A stretch of DNA of 64,000 nucleotides, taken from Berkelbacteria bacterium GW2011_GWE1_39_12 (GTDB lineage Bacteria; Patescibacteriota; UBA1384; UBA12157). Under the pieces are notes generated by a model. That model was given only the letters and a program-made list of their open reading frames with translations, was not told the origin of the DNA and did not search any database. Numbering within the stretch: the first letter of the stretch is position 1; every line of letters begins with the position of its first letter. The translations under genes were made by a program, and so were the position numbers. Shown here piece by piece: positions 28,282 to 38,697 of this stretch. The stretch is from positions 396,613-460,612 of the forward strand of contig CP011213.1 of the NCBI GenBank assembly GCA_001029735.1. The letters are read 5' to 3'.

Positions 28282-28539
28282 ATGATAGTTGTTCTGAATA
28301 TTGTGAAGTATCTTTCGTTCTTGATCACAGGGCTTTGTGCAATAGCGGGCGTAATGTTTATTGCAACTGCGCCACTCACTCTTGGTGTGTCAGTTCATAT
28401 AGCTAACATTGCCAAGGCCATTTGCATTATCTTTGTCTCTTCGCTGGCTCTGGCTTTCCTCTCAAGCAATCTGATTGACTGGTTACAGAGAAGATATCGG
28501 ATGAACAACGGCCAGATTCAAATTATGGTTCAACGCTAG
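28282..28539 (+). CDS. hypothetical small membrane protein embedded antisense within the atp operon
   Basis: An 85-aa ORF with two predicted TM helices and RBS aggaggaagaaaATG. It is flanked by palindromic elements. Confidence 0.3.
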   Translation: MIVVLNIVKYLSFLITGLCAIAGVMFIATAPLTLGVSVHIANIAKAICIIFVSSLALAFLSSNLIDWLQRRYRMNNGQIQIMVQR

Positions 28540-28597
28540 GATTCATTAGCGCTTGAAGTTTCTACTTCCGGCGCTTTTTTAAATTGCCAAAACTTTT

Positions 28598-28674
28598 GTC
28601 ATTCCGGAAAGAAAGGGTTTCTTATCCGGAATCTATTGGATCCCGGATACTGTTTGCTAACCGGTCCGGGATGA
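28598..28674. repeat. palindromic element family B copy
   Basis: gtcattccggaaagaaagggtttcttatccggaatctattggatcccggatactgtttgctaaccggtccgggatgac. Confidence 0.6.
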
Positions 28675-28677
28675 CAG

Positions 28678-30207
28678 CTATGCTTTGTCTATTCCCTTGG
28701 TATTTTCTTTTAAAAACGCTGTCAACTTCTCTTCACACTTTTCATCAATTACTCCTGAATCAGAAATACTTTTTAAAACATCGGCGATTTCGCCCTTGGC
28801 TTTAGTCGATAAAGTCTTTTCTAAAGCGCTGATTTCGGAAACTTCATAACTATCAAAATATCCATTCGTAACGGCATATAAAGTAATAACCTGTTCGGCA
28901 ACTGGAATCGGTTGGTTGTTCACTTGTTTTAAGACTTCGGTAATTCTGCGGCCTCGTTCTATCTGGCGCTTAGTATCTGCATCCAAATCAGATGAAAACT
29001 GAGCAAAAGCTTCCAGTTCTCTGAACTGTGCCATTTCCAACTTCAATTTACCGGCAATCTTTTTCATGGCTTTGATCTGAGCGGCGCCGCCGACACGGGA
29101 AACGGAAAGGCCGGCGTTTAAAGCAGGGCGAATACCTTTGTAAAACAAATCGTTCTCTAAAAATATCTGACCATCGGTAATAGAAATAACGTTGGTTGGA
29201 ATATAAGCGGAAATGTCCCCTGCCTGGGTTTCAATAATCGGAAGAGCGGTAAGTGAACCGCCGCCATTCTCTTTATTTAATTTGGCTGCGCGTTCTAATA
29301 GGCGAGAGTGTAAATAGAAAATATCGCCTGGGTAAGCTTCGCGGCCTGGCGGGCGACGGAGCAGCAAAGAAATCTGTCTATAAGCCCATGCATGCTTACT
29401 TAAATCATCGTAAACGATCAATGCGTCCCGACCATTGTCGCGGAAAAATTCGCCCAAACTAGCGCCCGCGTAGGGTGCCAAATAGGCAAATGAGGCTGGA
29501 TCGGAAGCGCCGGCTAAAACGACAATTGAGTTATCCATCGCTCCAGTTTCTTCAAGTGTATTGATTAATTTAGCGACCTTAGATTCTTTCTGACCGATGG
29601 CAACATAAATGCTAATGACTGGATCTTTGCCTTCTTCTTTGGCAATTTTGGTTTGATTAATAATCGCATCGATAGCAATCGATGTCTTTCCCGTGCCACG
29701 GTCGCCAATAATGAGTTCTCTTTGGCCACGGCCAATTGGCACAATGGAATCGATGGCTTTAATACCAGTTTGCAAAGGCGTATTGACGCCTTCTCGGGTA
29801 ATAACGCCGGGGGCAATCTTTTCAATTGGCGCCATAAGATCAGTTTTTATCTCACCCTTACCATCGAGTGGTTGGCCTAAAGGATTTACCACGCGACCGA
29901 TCATGGCTTCACCGACTGGGATTTCCAAAATCTTACCAGTAGATTTAACTGTTGAACCGGCAATGATTTTTTCAGTTTCGCCTAGTACAATAGCGCCGAC
30001 AGTGTCGCGCTCAAGGTTTAAGATCACACCGAAGACGTCTGTTCCTTCGAACTCAATCATTTCCATGGACTTGGCTTGGCTTAGACCATAGATTTTGGCC
30101 ACACCGTCGCCGATTTCAGTGACAACGCCGGTTTGTTCCAAACTCTGCTCATCGGAAAGATTTTCGATTTTCTTTTTGATTTCTTCTAAAATTAAGTCGG
30201 TATTCAT
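28678..30207 (-). CDS. atpA: F0F1 ATP synthase subunit alpha
   Basis: Walker [12 protein letters not shown] and a conserved alpha subunit sequence. Confidence 0.95.
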   Translation of the reverse strand: MNTDLILEEIKKKIENLSDEQSLEQTGVVTEIGDGVAKIYGLSQAKSMEMIEFEGTDVFGVILNLERDTVGAIVLGETEKIIAGSTVKSTGKILEIPVGEAMIGRVVNPLGQPLDGKGEIKTDLMAPIEKIAPGVITREGVNTPLQTGIKAIDSIVPIGRGQRELIIGDRGTGKTSIAIDAIINQTKIAKEEGKDPVISIYVAIGQKESKVAKLINTLEETGAMDNSIVVLAGASDPASFAYLAPYAGASLGEFFRDNGRDALIVYDDLSKHAWAYRQISLLLRRPPGREAYPGDIFYLHSRLLERAAKLNKENGGGSLTALPIIETQAGDISAYIPTNVISITDGQIFLENDLFYKGIRPALNAGLSVSRVGGAAQIKAMKKIAGKLKLEMAQFRELEAFAQFSSDLDADTKRQIERGRRITEVLKQVNNQPIPVAEQVITLYAVTNGYFDSYEVSEISALEKTLSTKAKGEIADVLKSISDSGVIDEKCEEKLTAFLKENTKGIDKA

Positions 30208-30321
30208 TTTACTCCTAGTTTATAAAGTCAAAAGTCCTTAAAGTCTGTAAAGTACATGGAAACTTTTGATAGTAAAACACCTCGTACTTTAAAAACTTTA
30301 TAGACTTTATGACTATTTAAG

Positions 30322-30819
30322 CTAACTTACTAATTTTTTAAGCTTTGATTGGAAGCTATTATCGTAACTTAACCCGTCGATCTCGACAATGACTCCTCCC
30401 AGAAGTTCTGGGGAAACTCGGCTTTCCAAAACTACCGGGACGGACATTTTAATTTCTAAATCATTTTCTAAGTTTTCAATCTCTTCGTTTGATAGAGCGC
30501 TACTAGAAGTAACTAATCCGCTCAAAGCCGTTTTTTCATCACGTAGAATTTTTTTAAATTCGTTAACAATTTTGCTGAAATTTTTCAATCCGTTTTCTTC
30601 AGTTAGAAAAATTAAAAAATTTAATGTATTTTTGTTAAAATTTTCAGAAAAAAGTTCATTTACGATTGTCTTCTTCTTATCGATAGATAGTTTCGGATTA
30701 AACATCATCTTTTTAAATGAGTTTAAGGCGAAAACTTTTTCCAGCATCATCAACTCGATTAATCCATCCTTGGATTTCTCGGTGTAAGAATCGGCTAATT
30801 GTTTTGGTGTGTATGACAT
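30322..30819 (-). CDS. atpH: F0F1 ATP synthase subunit delta (OSCP)
   Basis: A 165-aa protein with the C-terminal LLGGVIVEIDG motif, in operon position. Confidence 0.75.
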   Translation of the reverse strand: MSYTPKQLADSYTEKSKDGLIELMMLEKVFALNSFKKMMFNPKLSIDKKKTIVNELFSENFNKNTLNFLIFLTEENGLKNFSKIVNEFKKILRDEKTALSGLVTSSSALSNEEIENLENDLEIKMSVPVVLESRVSPELLGGVIVEIDGLSYDNSFQSKLKKLVS

Positions 30820-30830
30820 AATTTGGTTTT

Positions 30831-30903
30831 GTCATCGCGAGGAGTGAAAACGACGCGGCGATCCTTCAAGATTGCTTCGCTCGTTTCATTTGCTCGCAAT
30901 GAC
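30831..30903 (+). repeat. palindromic element family A, full copy, atpF-atpH intergenic
   Basis: gtcatcgcgaggagtgaaaacgacgcggcgatccttcaagattgcttcgctcgtttcatttgctcgcaatgac. A further half-like copy ends at 30985 (ttcgctcaggatgac). Confidence 0.65.
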
Positions 30904-30999
30904 GCTCTAAAATTTCTTCGATGCTTATCTAAAGCATCTTTTTGCATTTTCAAAGATCTTCGACTTCGCTCAGGATGACACTCACAACTTTATGTCTTA

Positions 31000-31491
31000 C
31001 TACTTTTTCTCATATTCGCTAGTAGCTTCTTCTAATGCCGATTTTTGCATCTCTGGCGATACTTTTTCTTTCAAAATCTTTTCTGTGGCCAAACCAACTA
31101 AACCGATAATATCTTTTTGCAAAGCTTCTTTGGCGGCTTCCTTTTCTTGATTAATGGCAATTTTAGCTTTAGCAATTTCTTTTTCTGCTTGACTCTTGGC
31201 CAAAGTGACAATTTCTTCTTTTTGCAAAGTGGCAGCCTTGTTTCCTTCTTCAATAATCTTAGCTGATTTTTCTTCAGCTTGATTGATTATTTCTGTTACC
31301 CGTTTTTCCGTACTGGCTAAATTTTCTTCAATCTTCTTGGCATTTTCTAAACTTTCCGCAATTTTCTTGCGGCGTTCTTCCAGCATGTTGACCAAGGGCT
31401 TATAAGCAAATTTGGTCAAAATAAAAAGAAGAATCAAAAAATTGATAATTTGGCCGATAAAAAGTTTTAAATCGATACCTAATGCTTCCAC
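31000..31491 (-). CDS. atpF: F0F1 ATP synthase subunit b
   Basis: An N-terminal TM helix followed by a long charged helix. Confidence 0.8.
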   Translation of the reverse strand: MEALGIDLKLFIGQIINFLILLFILTKFAYKPLVNMLEERRKKIAESLENAKKIEENLASTEKRVTEIINQAEEKSAKIIEEGNKAATLQKEEIVTLAKSQAEKEIAKAKIAINQEKEAAKEALQKDIIGLVGLATEKILKEKVSPEMQKSALEEATSEYEKK

Positions 31492-31530
31492 GAATTCTCC
31501 TAAAAGTCGCTTTTTAAGCGAAATTGCTGC

Positions 31531-31761
31531 TTAAGCAATAAATTTCAAAATCAAAGCGATAACCAAAGCATAGACTGCGATGGCTTCGGCAAAAGCGGCC
31601 ACTAAAATCATCGAGCTTTGAATTTTTGGAGCGGCTTCAGGGTTTCGTCCGATGGCTTCCATAGCTTTTGCTCCGACTAAACCGATGGCAATAGCTGGGA
31701 CTGCGCCGCCGATAGCGATTGTGCCGGCAACGGCTAATAATTTCATTGATTCTGCGTCCAT
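31531..31761 (-). CDS. atpE: F0F1 ATP synthase subunit c
   Basis: A 76-aa hairpin proteolipid with GLVGAKAMEAIGRNPEA. Confidence 0.85.
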   Translation of the reverse strand: MDAESMKLLAVAGTIAIGGAVPAIAIGLVGAKAMEAIGRNPEAAPKIQSSMILVAAFAEAIAVYALVIALILKFIA

Positions 31762-31791
31762 TTGAATCCTTTCTTTCTCTTATTTTATATT

Positions 31792-32610
31792 TTAACCTCG
31801 ACTAAAACCAAATTTTTCTGGAATAAGGCCATCTTTTTCCTCGACTTTTTCCTGCGCTGTTTGTTCTGAATGATCTTCATGAACTATAGTTGCGGTTTGC
31901 AGGAAAACGGCGGTTAGCATTGAAAAGACCAAGGCCTGAATAAATCCGACAAACAGTTCCAGTCCATAAAACGGAATGGCGGCAATAACCGGAACCAAAA
32001 AGGAGATAACCATGAGCAAAACGGAGCCTGCAAAAATATTACCGAAAAGTCGAAAAGCAAATGAGATAATGCGGGAAAGTTCTGAAACGGCTTCTAAAAA
32101 TCCTACAAAAAAATCTATTGGTCCTTTAAAGTTAATAAATTTTTTGAAATAACCTATTCCTAAATGGCGGATACCGTAAATTTGAACTGTGACAATCGAG
32201 ATAACGGCTAGTGCAAAAGTCGTATTTAAGTCAGCAGCCGGTTGACGGAACAATGGAACAAGAATATGGTGGCCTTCTTCGTTGATCTCGTTTAATCCGA
32301 TAGATTCGAATCCTGGGACTAAGCCGATCCAGTTGGCAAAAATTACAAAAATAAATATGGTAGCTACCAGTGGTAAAAATTGAATCGCCTTTTTACGGTT
32401 CTGAGTGATGCCTTCGATCATAGCCAAAATGGCTTCGACGACGAATTCGCAAATATTTTGCAATTTGCCAGGAGTATTAGAGAGTTTTTTACTGACTCTA
32501 ATTGCGATAGCGCAAAGAAAAATTACTACAATCCAAGTAACCAACATCGAATTGGTGATGGCAATTGGACCGATTTCAATAATTTTTTCAGCGGCAAGTG
32601 AAATATGCAT
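31792..32610 (-). CDS. atpB: F0F1 ATP synthase subunit a
   Basis: A multi-TM protein with the conserved Arg region ISFAFRLFGNIFAG. Confidence 0.85.
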   Translation of the reverse strand: MHISLAAEKIIEIGPIAITNSMLVTWIVVIFLCAIAIRVSKKLSNTPGKLQNICEFVVEAILAMIEGITQNRKKAIQFLPLVATIFIFVIFANWIGLVPGFESIGLNEINEEGHHILVPLFRQPAADLNTTFALAVISIVTVQIYGIRHLGIGYFKKFINFKGPIDFFVGFLEAVSELSRIISFAFRLFGNIFAGSVLLMVISFLVPVIAAIPFYGLELFVGFIQALVFSMLTAVFLQTATIVHEDHSEQTAQEKVEEKDGLIPEKFGFSRG

Positions 32611-32861
32611 AAGATATTCAAAAGTCCATAAAGTTAAAGGCGAAAAGTTTAGAAAAGAAAAAATAAAAGGCTGATTTGACAGTCTTTTTAATTTTCCAGC
32701 CCAAATATATCACAACTGAAAAAAAGATCAACCCTACCATTTTTTTGTGCACGGTTAGAATAGTCGTAAAGTTCATAAAGTCATAAAGTTATAAAGTCGG
32801 AAGCCCCCAGGAAAAAATCTTGCCTTACAGACTTTAAAGACTTGATAGACTTTAGACTAAT

Positions 32862-32890
32862 TATTAAAAACCCGCTAATAATAGCGGGTG
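32862..32890 (-). terminator. rho-independent terminator
   Basis: Minus-strand hairpin cccgctattattagcggg followed by TTTTT, downstream of the 32898..33308 gene. Confidence 0.55.
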
Positions 32891-32897
32891 AGTTGGA

Positions 32898-33308
32898 TTA
32901 GCTGATTCTTTCAAAGTGGTATGGATCTTCATCATCTTGTAGATACATTTCAAAAGAGATATCTGGGGCATGCAGTTCGTGCCATTGCCTGGCTTTTCCC
33001 AGAGTTTCGAGATGCTTTTTTTTCTCGTCCTCTGGTTTGAGGCCCGGAAAGTGTAATGGGAAAGCTTTGCAAGTCAGGTGATCGATCAAGATGTATCTTT
33101 TCACACCTGCATCACGTGCGGTTTTGAGTCGGTCAAGCAGAGCGGGCTCACAAGCCAGCTTAGCGTATTGAAGTGAAGCCCCTGCTTCTGAAACCTGATA
33201 AGCACCTTCAGCGCCAATGGAAATCAAAAAGTGCTCCAGGGGTTTTTCATACTTCCCGCCTGGACGATACCTTGGGTCCATACAAATTTTGACCATTACA
33301 TGTGCCAT
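32898..33308 (-). CDS. hypothetical protein
   Basis: A 136-aa ORF with no recognisable domain. Confidence 0.35.
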   Translation of the reverse strand: MAHVMVKICMDPRYRPGGKYEKPLEHFLISIGAEGAYQVSEAGASLQYAKLACEPALLDRLKTARDAGVKRYILIDHLTCKAFPLHFPGLKPEDEKKKHLETLGKARQWHELHAPDISFEMYLQDDEDPYHFERIS

Positions 33309-33415
33309 CTTTTACCTCCGTGCAGCCGAATCAAAAACGCCGCTCGCGACGAATTAATGTTTGATGAGTATATTTTTATACCACAAATAAATAATTGTCA
33401 AGTTTTGAAGCTATT

Positions 33416-34378
33416 TTATCGAGTTCTTTTAACACGAATCAGGCCGCCAAGAGGGATTATCTTTATACCTTTTTTCTCAATCTCGTCAAGAAAAAGGTTA
33501 AGACCAAGAGAATCAGAGGAAATATGGCCTGCGATCACAACATTCAAGTGATTTTTACTGGCTTCATCGCGGCTTTCGTCTTTAATATGCATTCCAATAA
33601 TTGTGCCGATGCCAGCTTTCACAAGTTCAGGGTAAACCTCTTTGCTGCCTGAAGTACCGCCTGTGATCTCGCTTGCGACAATTCGACCAGTGTGGTTTTC
33701 TGGAGAACCGGCGAAAATCATTGGGCCGGCATTATTTTTTGTTGCTTCTTTGTATTCAGGAATAGTCTTAAGGAGATCAATCAATTCTCCGACTGTGTCT
33801 GGATTTTTTTTATTCACCAAGTCTTGAAGAAACTGAAAAACCAGATTGTCGCATGGTGTGTGAAGATTCATGTAAGCAATGTCGGCAAACCTTGCAGCAT
33901 CAACTGGTCTCATGTGGTTAACTGGAGAGAGGGATCGACCGACTTGTTGAATGCGATCTCTCATCACGCCTTCAGCGACGTTGATTGGGACACCGTATGA
34001 CGCCATCATTTCAGCTTGCATGTGCATTACTTCATCGAGAGCGGCAAGCGCCTTGCCGACAGGATGGTGGGTGATAATTAAATCGATATCTGAGTTCATA
34101 GCGGCGATTAAGGCGATTTCGGCTTCTTCGACATCGATACCGACCGCTATTGTTTTTACCTTTTGCTTCTCCTTATTAAAATGAATTCTACTATCGGCAT
34201 AAGGATTGGTTAATCGTTCAGTGTCAAAAAGAGCCTTGTCTCCGCCAGCTGGCGTATTTGACAATTTTTCGTATTTTTTCTTTTCCCCATCAAGCCATCT
34301 TTTAACACCAGCTTTGCCTCGAGGGTCTGCATTGATACCTGTTTTTATTGCTAAATCGTATATTTCTTTTATTGACAT
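33416..34378 (-). CDS. Nif3-like dinuclear metal centre protein (YqfO/YbgI family)
   Basis: A 320-aa protein with the ITHHP motif and a C-terminal GHISSD-type metal-binding segment. Confidence 0.45.
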   Translation of the reverse strand: MSIKEIYDLAIKTGINADPRGKAGVKRWLDGEKKKYEKLSNTPAGGDKALFDTERLTNPYADSRIHFNKEKQKVKTIAVGIDVEEAEIALIAAMNSDIDLIITHHPVGKALAALDEVMHMQAEMMASYGVPINVAEGVMRDRIQQVGRSLSPVNHMRPVDAARFADIAYMNLHTPCDNLVFQFLQDLVNKKNPDTVGELIDLLKTIPEYKEATKNNAGPMIFAGSPENHTGRIVASEITGGTSGSKEVYPELVKAGIGTIIGMHIKDESRDEASKNHLNVVIAGHISSDSLGLNLFLDEIEKKGIKIIPLGGLIRVKRTR

Positions 34379-34491
34379 TTTTATCCTTTACTATTCAAGA
34401 GCTATTATGAACTTTTTTTTGTTTTATTTCAAGATTTTTTATACAAAACGACCCCGGAATTAATACTCCGGGGTCGAATTGATGGTTTTTG

Positions 34492-36039
34492 TTAAGCCGT
34501 CTCGCCGGCTTGTTCTGCGCTGTCCAGCGCTTGCTGGATGCGCCTCCTTAAAGCCAGAACTTCGGCTTTTCTGAGGCCGAGGTTTTGCTGAACACGGCCG
34601 CGATCTTTGTTCCTCCCAGTTGCATCAAGGAAGCCGTGTGGCGAAAGACCTGCTTTCTCAAGAAACTCTGCGTCGTCTCTTTCAAGACCGAGCTTCAAGC
34701 CCATCTCCAGCGGAGATGAGACAATTGATTCCTCATTGTTGGCAGGAGGTTCTGTCGATCCTGCAACTGGCTCTTGTTTCTCCTCCTCCTTTTTGCCAAT
34801 CGGGAAAAGTATTGCAGCCAAGTCTTGAATTGCCTTCTCATCGAGATCATACTCTTCCAAGAAGGACTTCAGCTCGTCTGTATTTGAAGCCACAGTCAAT
34901 AGCTCATTGACTGAGTTGATGCCAGCATCAGCGAGCTGATTGATAACGTCTTGTACCGCGTCGTCCTCGGCAAGAGACTGATTGACAGGTGCCGTTTGAT
35001 CCTCAGCCTGCACAGTAACTGTATCATCAGCTATTTGATCTGTCTGAGCTTCAGCGACGATCCCGTCTGATTTGTCCAATGCGAATTTGGCTTCAATGTC
35101 GCCGAGAATGCCATCGCATTCTTTGATAACGGCGACCATCTGCTCGATCATGATTGGATGACCTGTATTTTGCCTGCTGATGATCATCCTTGTCAAGTTA
35201 CGACCATTGAATGCTCTAGTACCAGCCGCTTCACAGGCTGCTCGTAGATCAGCAAGCGTTTTTTCAAAGACGAGTAAACCACGTACCGCCTTGCCGGAAA
35301 ACTCTGCCCAACTAAGGATATATGCGACTTGCTCTTCTGTTGGCTCATAGCCGACCTGTCGAGCGATCTTGGAGATTAGCTCTCTCTTCGTCTCTCCTGT
35401 TCTTTCTCGAAAGTCGGCTCTCCTCCGACTAAGTTCGTCGGATGCCTCGTTGTTGCCGCCTGCTACAGGCGTTTCCGTGTCTATAGGTACTGAAGTTTCG
35501 GTCTTCAGCTTACGCAGAGATTCCAGCGCCCACTCGTCGGTGTAGTCGGGGCAAACCGACAGATCTCTTGCCTGATCTTCAGAGAGATTGTAGCCGATTC
35601 CAATTGCCAGTTCCCGAAGCATCTGCAGACGTTCATTCCGAACTTCTTCTTCTGCAGATATCTGCATTGAAGAATCAGACGTGGGAGCGGGTTCTTCGTC
35701 TGTTTCCACTGAAACCGGCTCCTCTGGGAGCTCTATCACTGGTTTCTCTATGGTTTCTACTAATGTTGTTTCAGGCACTGTTGTAACAACGGTTTCGACA
35801 GGTGCTTCGACCTTAAAAGTCTCCACTACCTTTTCCGCAGCTTCGACTCGATTGCCAAGAACTGCAGCCGCATGGCGGGCGCAAGCATTAATAATATCGA
35901 CTGATGAACTACCAGCCTGAGCAGTCTTAGACTCCACCGAAGCGGCGTTCCCTCCGACTCTGATAACTGCAACGGCGCTGCCGCGAGTTACATAGGTTTT
36001 GGTGCCGTTCCGATTGTTGACGATCAGTAGCTCTGACAT
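34492..36039 (-). CDS. hypothetical acidic protein encoded by GC-rich DNA (probable foreign origin)
   Basis: A 515-aa ORF. GC is visibly higher than neighbouring genes (about 55% by eye), with long spurious ORFs in other frames. Confidence 0.4.
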   Translation of the reverse strand: MSELLIVNNRNGTKTYVTRGSAVAVIRVGGNAASVESKTAQAGSSSVDIINACARHAAAVLGNRVEAAEKVVETFKVEAPVETVVTTVPETTLVETIEKPVIELPEEPVSVETDEEPAPTSDSSMQISAEEEVRNERLQMLRELAIGIGYNLSEDQARDLSVCPDYTDEWALESLRKLKTETSVPIDTETPVAGGNNEASDELSRRRADFRERTGETKRELISKIARQVGYEPTEEQVAYILSWAEFSGKAVRGLLVFEKTLADLRAACEAAGTRAFNGRNLTRMIISRQNTGHPIMIEQMVAVIKECDGILGDIEAKFALDKSDGIVAEAQTDQIADDTVTVQAEDQTAPVNQSLAEDDAVQDVINQLADAGINSVNELLTVASNTDELKSFLEEYDLDEKAIQDLAAILFPIGKKEEEKQEPVAGSTEPPANNEESIVSSPLEMGLKLGLERDDAEFLEKAGLSPHGFLDATGRNKDRGRVQQNLGLRKAEVLALRRRIQQALDSAEQAGETA

Positions 36040-36177
36040 TATTTCTTCCCCTTTCTCGACGATTGACTTTAGATTGTTTAGTTACTTCATTGGAAAATGA
36101 ATACAGGTTACTTTATCACATTTTTATTGACAAGTCAAGAGGTAAGGCGCAAAATTAATATGTAATAAAGGAGGCAA

Positions 36178-36540
36178 ATGGACTCTTCAAACTTTAAGTT
36201 AATGTCAGAAGACGAAATTAAAGATGTGTTGGACAAAGATCTTCTTGACCTATTGGATGCACAGGGAATTTCTGAAGAACAAAAAACCGAGTTCTATCAA
36301 AAAATGACCCAAGCGATTCAAAACCGCGTGATTATTCGTATCGATAACAGATTAAATGATAGTGAAAGAGAACAGTGGCTTGAATTGATCGATAAAAATG
36401 ACCATAAAGAAATGGAAGATTTTTTGAAGTCAAAAAATATTGAAGTCGCTAAATTGATTGTCGAAGAGGCGATTATTTATAAAATGCAATTAATGAGCTT
36501 GTATAAACAAGTTGAAAGTAAAAAGTCCGTAAAGTCGTAA
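36178..36540 (+). CDS. hypothetical protein
   Basis: A 120-aa ORF with promoter TTGACAAGTCAAG... and RBS aaaggagg. Confidence 0.4.
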   Translation: MDSSNFKLMSEDEIKDVLDKDLLDLLDAQGISEEQKTEFYQKMTQAIQNRVIIRIDNRLNDSEREQWLELIDKNDHKEMEDFLKSKNIEVAKLIVEEAIIYKMQLMSLYKQVESKKSVKS

Positions 36541-36629
36541 GCAAAGCTTGATTTCTGAAGAAATTAAAGGGAAAAATATGGCTAAACATGAGTTTAGCGC
36601 GGAATTTTCTGAAAATACAGAGGAGAAAT

Positions 36630-38609
36630 ATGAGTCCAGAACATGGTGATGGAGACAGAGATTTTATAGCGCCTCAAACCGGCGGGGAAGACACTCAGCC
36701 GAGGCGTCGTTTTTGGGATCGTTTTCGTCGAAACATACCAGAAGAACGTGATGAATCGGAAAATGAAGAAGAAAATCAGGCAAGAGAGCTTTTACCTATT
36801 ACCGAAAGATCTGAAGAAGAATCCAATGAAATTGATGGACGTGAACCAACCGATTGGCGTGATTTGCAAGAAATGATTCAATCCTACGATGCAGAAGGTT
36901 GGCGTGAACGCGGTTTATTGCAAATTTATGGAGAAGGAAGGCTTGCCGGACTTAATGAATTTATGGATGGAGAGCGCGATTTTAACGTTGATTCAGAAGA
37001 CGGGCGGATTCGCCATGATGGTTTTACCAAGTTAAAGGAATTTGGCCGCAAAACCCTTGGCACTCTCGTAAATAAGAAAAACCTTGGTGGGGCAGTGGCT
37101 TTAGCCGGAGTGGCAGTCGCAACAGGAGGCGTCGGCGCACCAGCAGCCTTGGCTTTAGCCGGCGGCGCTATCGGACGAGGGGTGGTTGAAGCTTGGCACT
37201 CGATAAACGGTGAAGAACGTCAATTAAGAGAAGAGCGTGCCGCTTTCTCATTTGAACAATATAATAGATTATTAGAGATAGCTAACTCGATCAACGAAGC
37301 TGTTGATCCTCAAGAAAAAATTTATCGTCAAGAGTCTTTGGTTCGTTATTACAACCTATCAAATCTGGAGCTAGACCGATATACAGATCGGATCTTAGAA
37401 GTTAAAGAAAATTGGAATCGAAAAAGAAATGCTGGTCAATTTATTGGAGCGATTGCGGGGGGAGTAGCAGGAGTAGCTGGGACCTGGCAAAATCTTGCCG
37501 AAAAGGCGCTGACAATGGATTTAGATGGAAATGGCGTTTCTCATGCTGTGGAGAAGGTGAACGGAGTTTGGCATTATCTCTACAATAGCCAGCAAGAAAT
37601 CGCGCAAGCTGTCCAGCAAGGAGCGCATATAGCGCAATCTAACGCCGGGTATGCCGCTCATGCGGTAAGTGCAGGAGCAAATGTCGGTATGCAGGTTGCA
37701 ACAGAAGCGGCTAAAAATTTAGCGGTTGAAGCGGGTAGAGTAGCTGCGGTTTTTGGTGGAATGATTGTTGGTAGATTCTTGGATAGAAATGACGTGAAAA
37801 AAGAGCAAGATAAATTTGATGATCAGGTGGATGAGAGAGGCGTTTTAGATCCAATGGCTCAGCCAGAAACGCCTAATCCGGAACAAGAGCAAGGTGGAGG
37901 ACACTTATTCTTAGAATTAAACGAGAATACTGCGCCAACGCCTCCTGTTAATCTTAACCCTCCTACCGTGCCACAACCGGAATCTGGCGGGGGCGGGGGA
38001 AGAGGTTCGTTTATTGAAATGGGTGAGGCTAATGAGCCTCAGCCTGGACAATTATGGAAGCTTGATGGCACACCAGGTTTGTTAAGGATAATTGACATTG
38101 ATCCGGCTGTAGGGACGGCCAGAGTAGAACTTTTAAATGATAATGAAACACCTATGACATTTGGAGGACAGCCTGTCGAACAAAATATAGATCCAAATGA
38201 TCTATTGGGGCATGGACATCGGTATGAATCTCCGCCTGTAATCGTTTCTCCAAGCCATTCAGAAGCAACCGCTCCATTACAGCATCCTGAGGTTGAAACG
38301 CCGGAAGAGGCGGCCTTAGCGGCGTCTACGGATGTCCAATTTGAACAATCGGGACAAGGATCGGAAGATGACGCTCCTGAAAGGATTCTTGACCCAGTCG
38401 GAGGAACAATGAAATATAATATTGTTAGCGCCGACAGAATGCCTGACAGGTTAAGAGAGCTTAATATTCCAAGTAAATTTCATATTTTTGGACCTATTAA
38501 TAGGACTAGAGATAGCAAAATTCAGCTGAAAGATATGAATGATTCGAATCGTGTAGTGACAATTACTCGAGCAGATTGGGATGAGTTGTATCCTGCGCTC
38601 GGAAAATAA
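36630..38609 (+). CDS. hypothetical large protein with Gly/Ala-rich hydrophobic segments
   Basis: An ORF of about 660 aa from the internal Met (RBS aggagaaat). It contains GGAVALAGVAVATGGVGAPAALALAGGAIG. Confidence 0.4.
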   Translation: MSPEHGDGDRDFIAPQTGGEDTQPRRRFWDRFRRNIPEERDESENEEENQARELLPITERSEEESNEIDGREPTDWRDLQEMIQSYDAEGWRERGLLQIYGEGRLAGLNEFMDGERDFNVDSEDGRIRHDGFTKLKEFGRKTLGTLVNKKNLGGAVALAGVAVATGGVGAPAALALAGGAIGRGVVEAWHSINGEERQLREERAAFSFEQYNRLLEIANSINEAVDPQEKIYRQESLVRYYNLSNLELDRYTDRILEVKENWNRKRNAGQFIGAIAGGVAGVAGTWQNLAEKALTMDLDGNGVSHAVEKVNGVWHYLYNSQQEIAQAVQQGAHIAQSNAGYAAHAVSAGANVGMQVATEAAKNLAVEAGRVAAVFGGMIVGRFLDRNDVKKEQDKFDDQVDERGVLDPMAQPETPNPEQEQGGGHLFLELNENTAPTPPVNLNPPTVPQPESGGGGGRGSFIEMGEANEPQPGQLWKLDGTPGLLRIIDIDPAVGTARVELLNDNETPMTFGGQPVEQNIDPNDLLGHGHRYESPPVIVSPSHSEATAPLQHPEVETPEEAALAASTDVQFEQSGQGSEDDAPERILDPVGGTMKYNIVSADRMPDRLRELNIPSKFHIFGPINRTRDSKIQLKDMNDSNRVVTITRADWDELYPALGK

Positions 38610-38697
38610 GTGTTTTTATTTAGCAAAAGAGCCAATCTGTAAAGACTGGCTCTTGTTGTGTCCGGCTTTTCGCCGGGATGGTTTTCAGTAACCTATG

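Noticed and set aside
29693-30091. Antisense ORFs inside atpA (and similar ones inside atpD, the 34492 gene, valS, fabH and yidC)
   Set aside because: They overlap highly conserved genes on the opposite strand and have no start context or homology signal. They are routine shadow ORFs.
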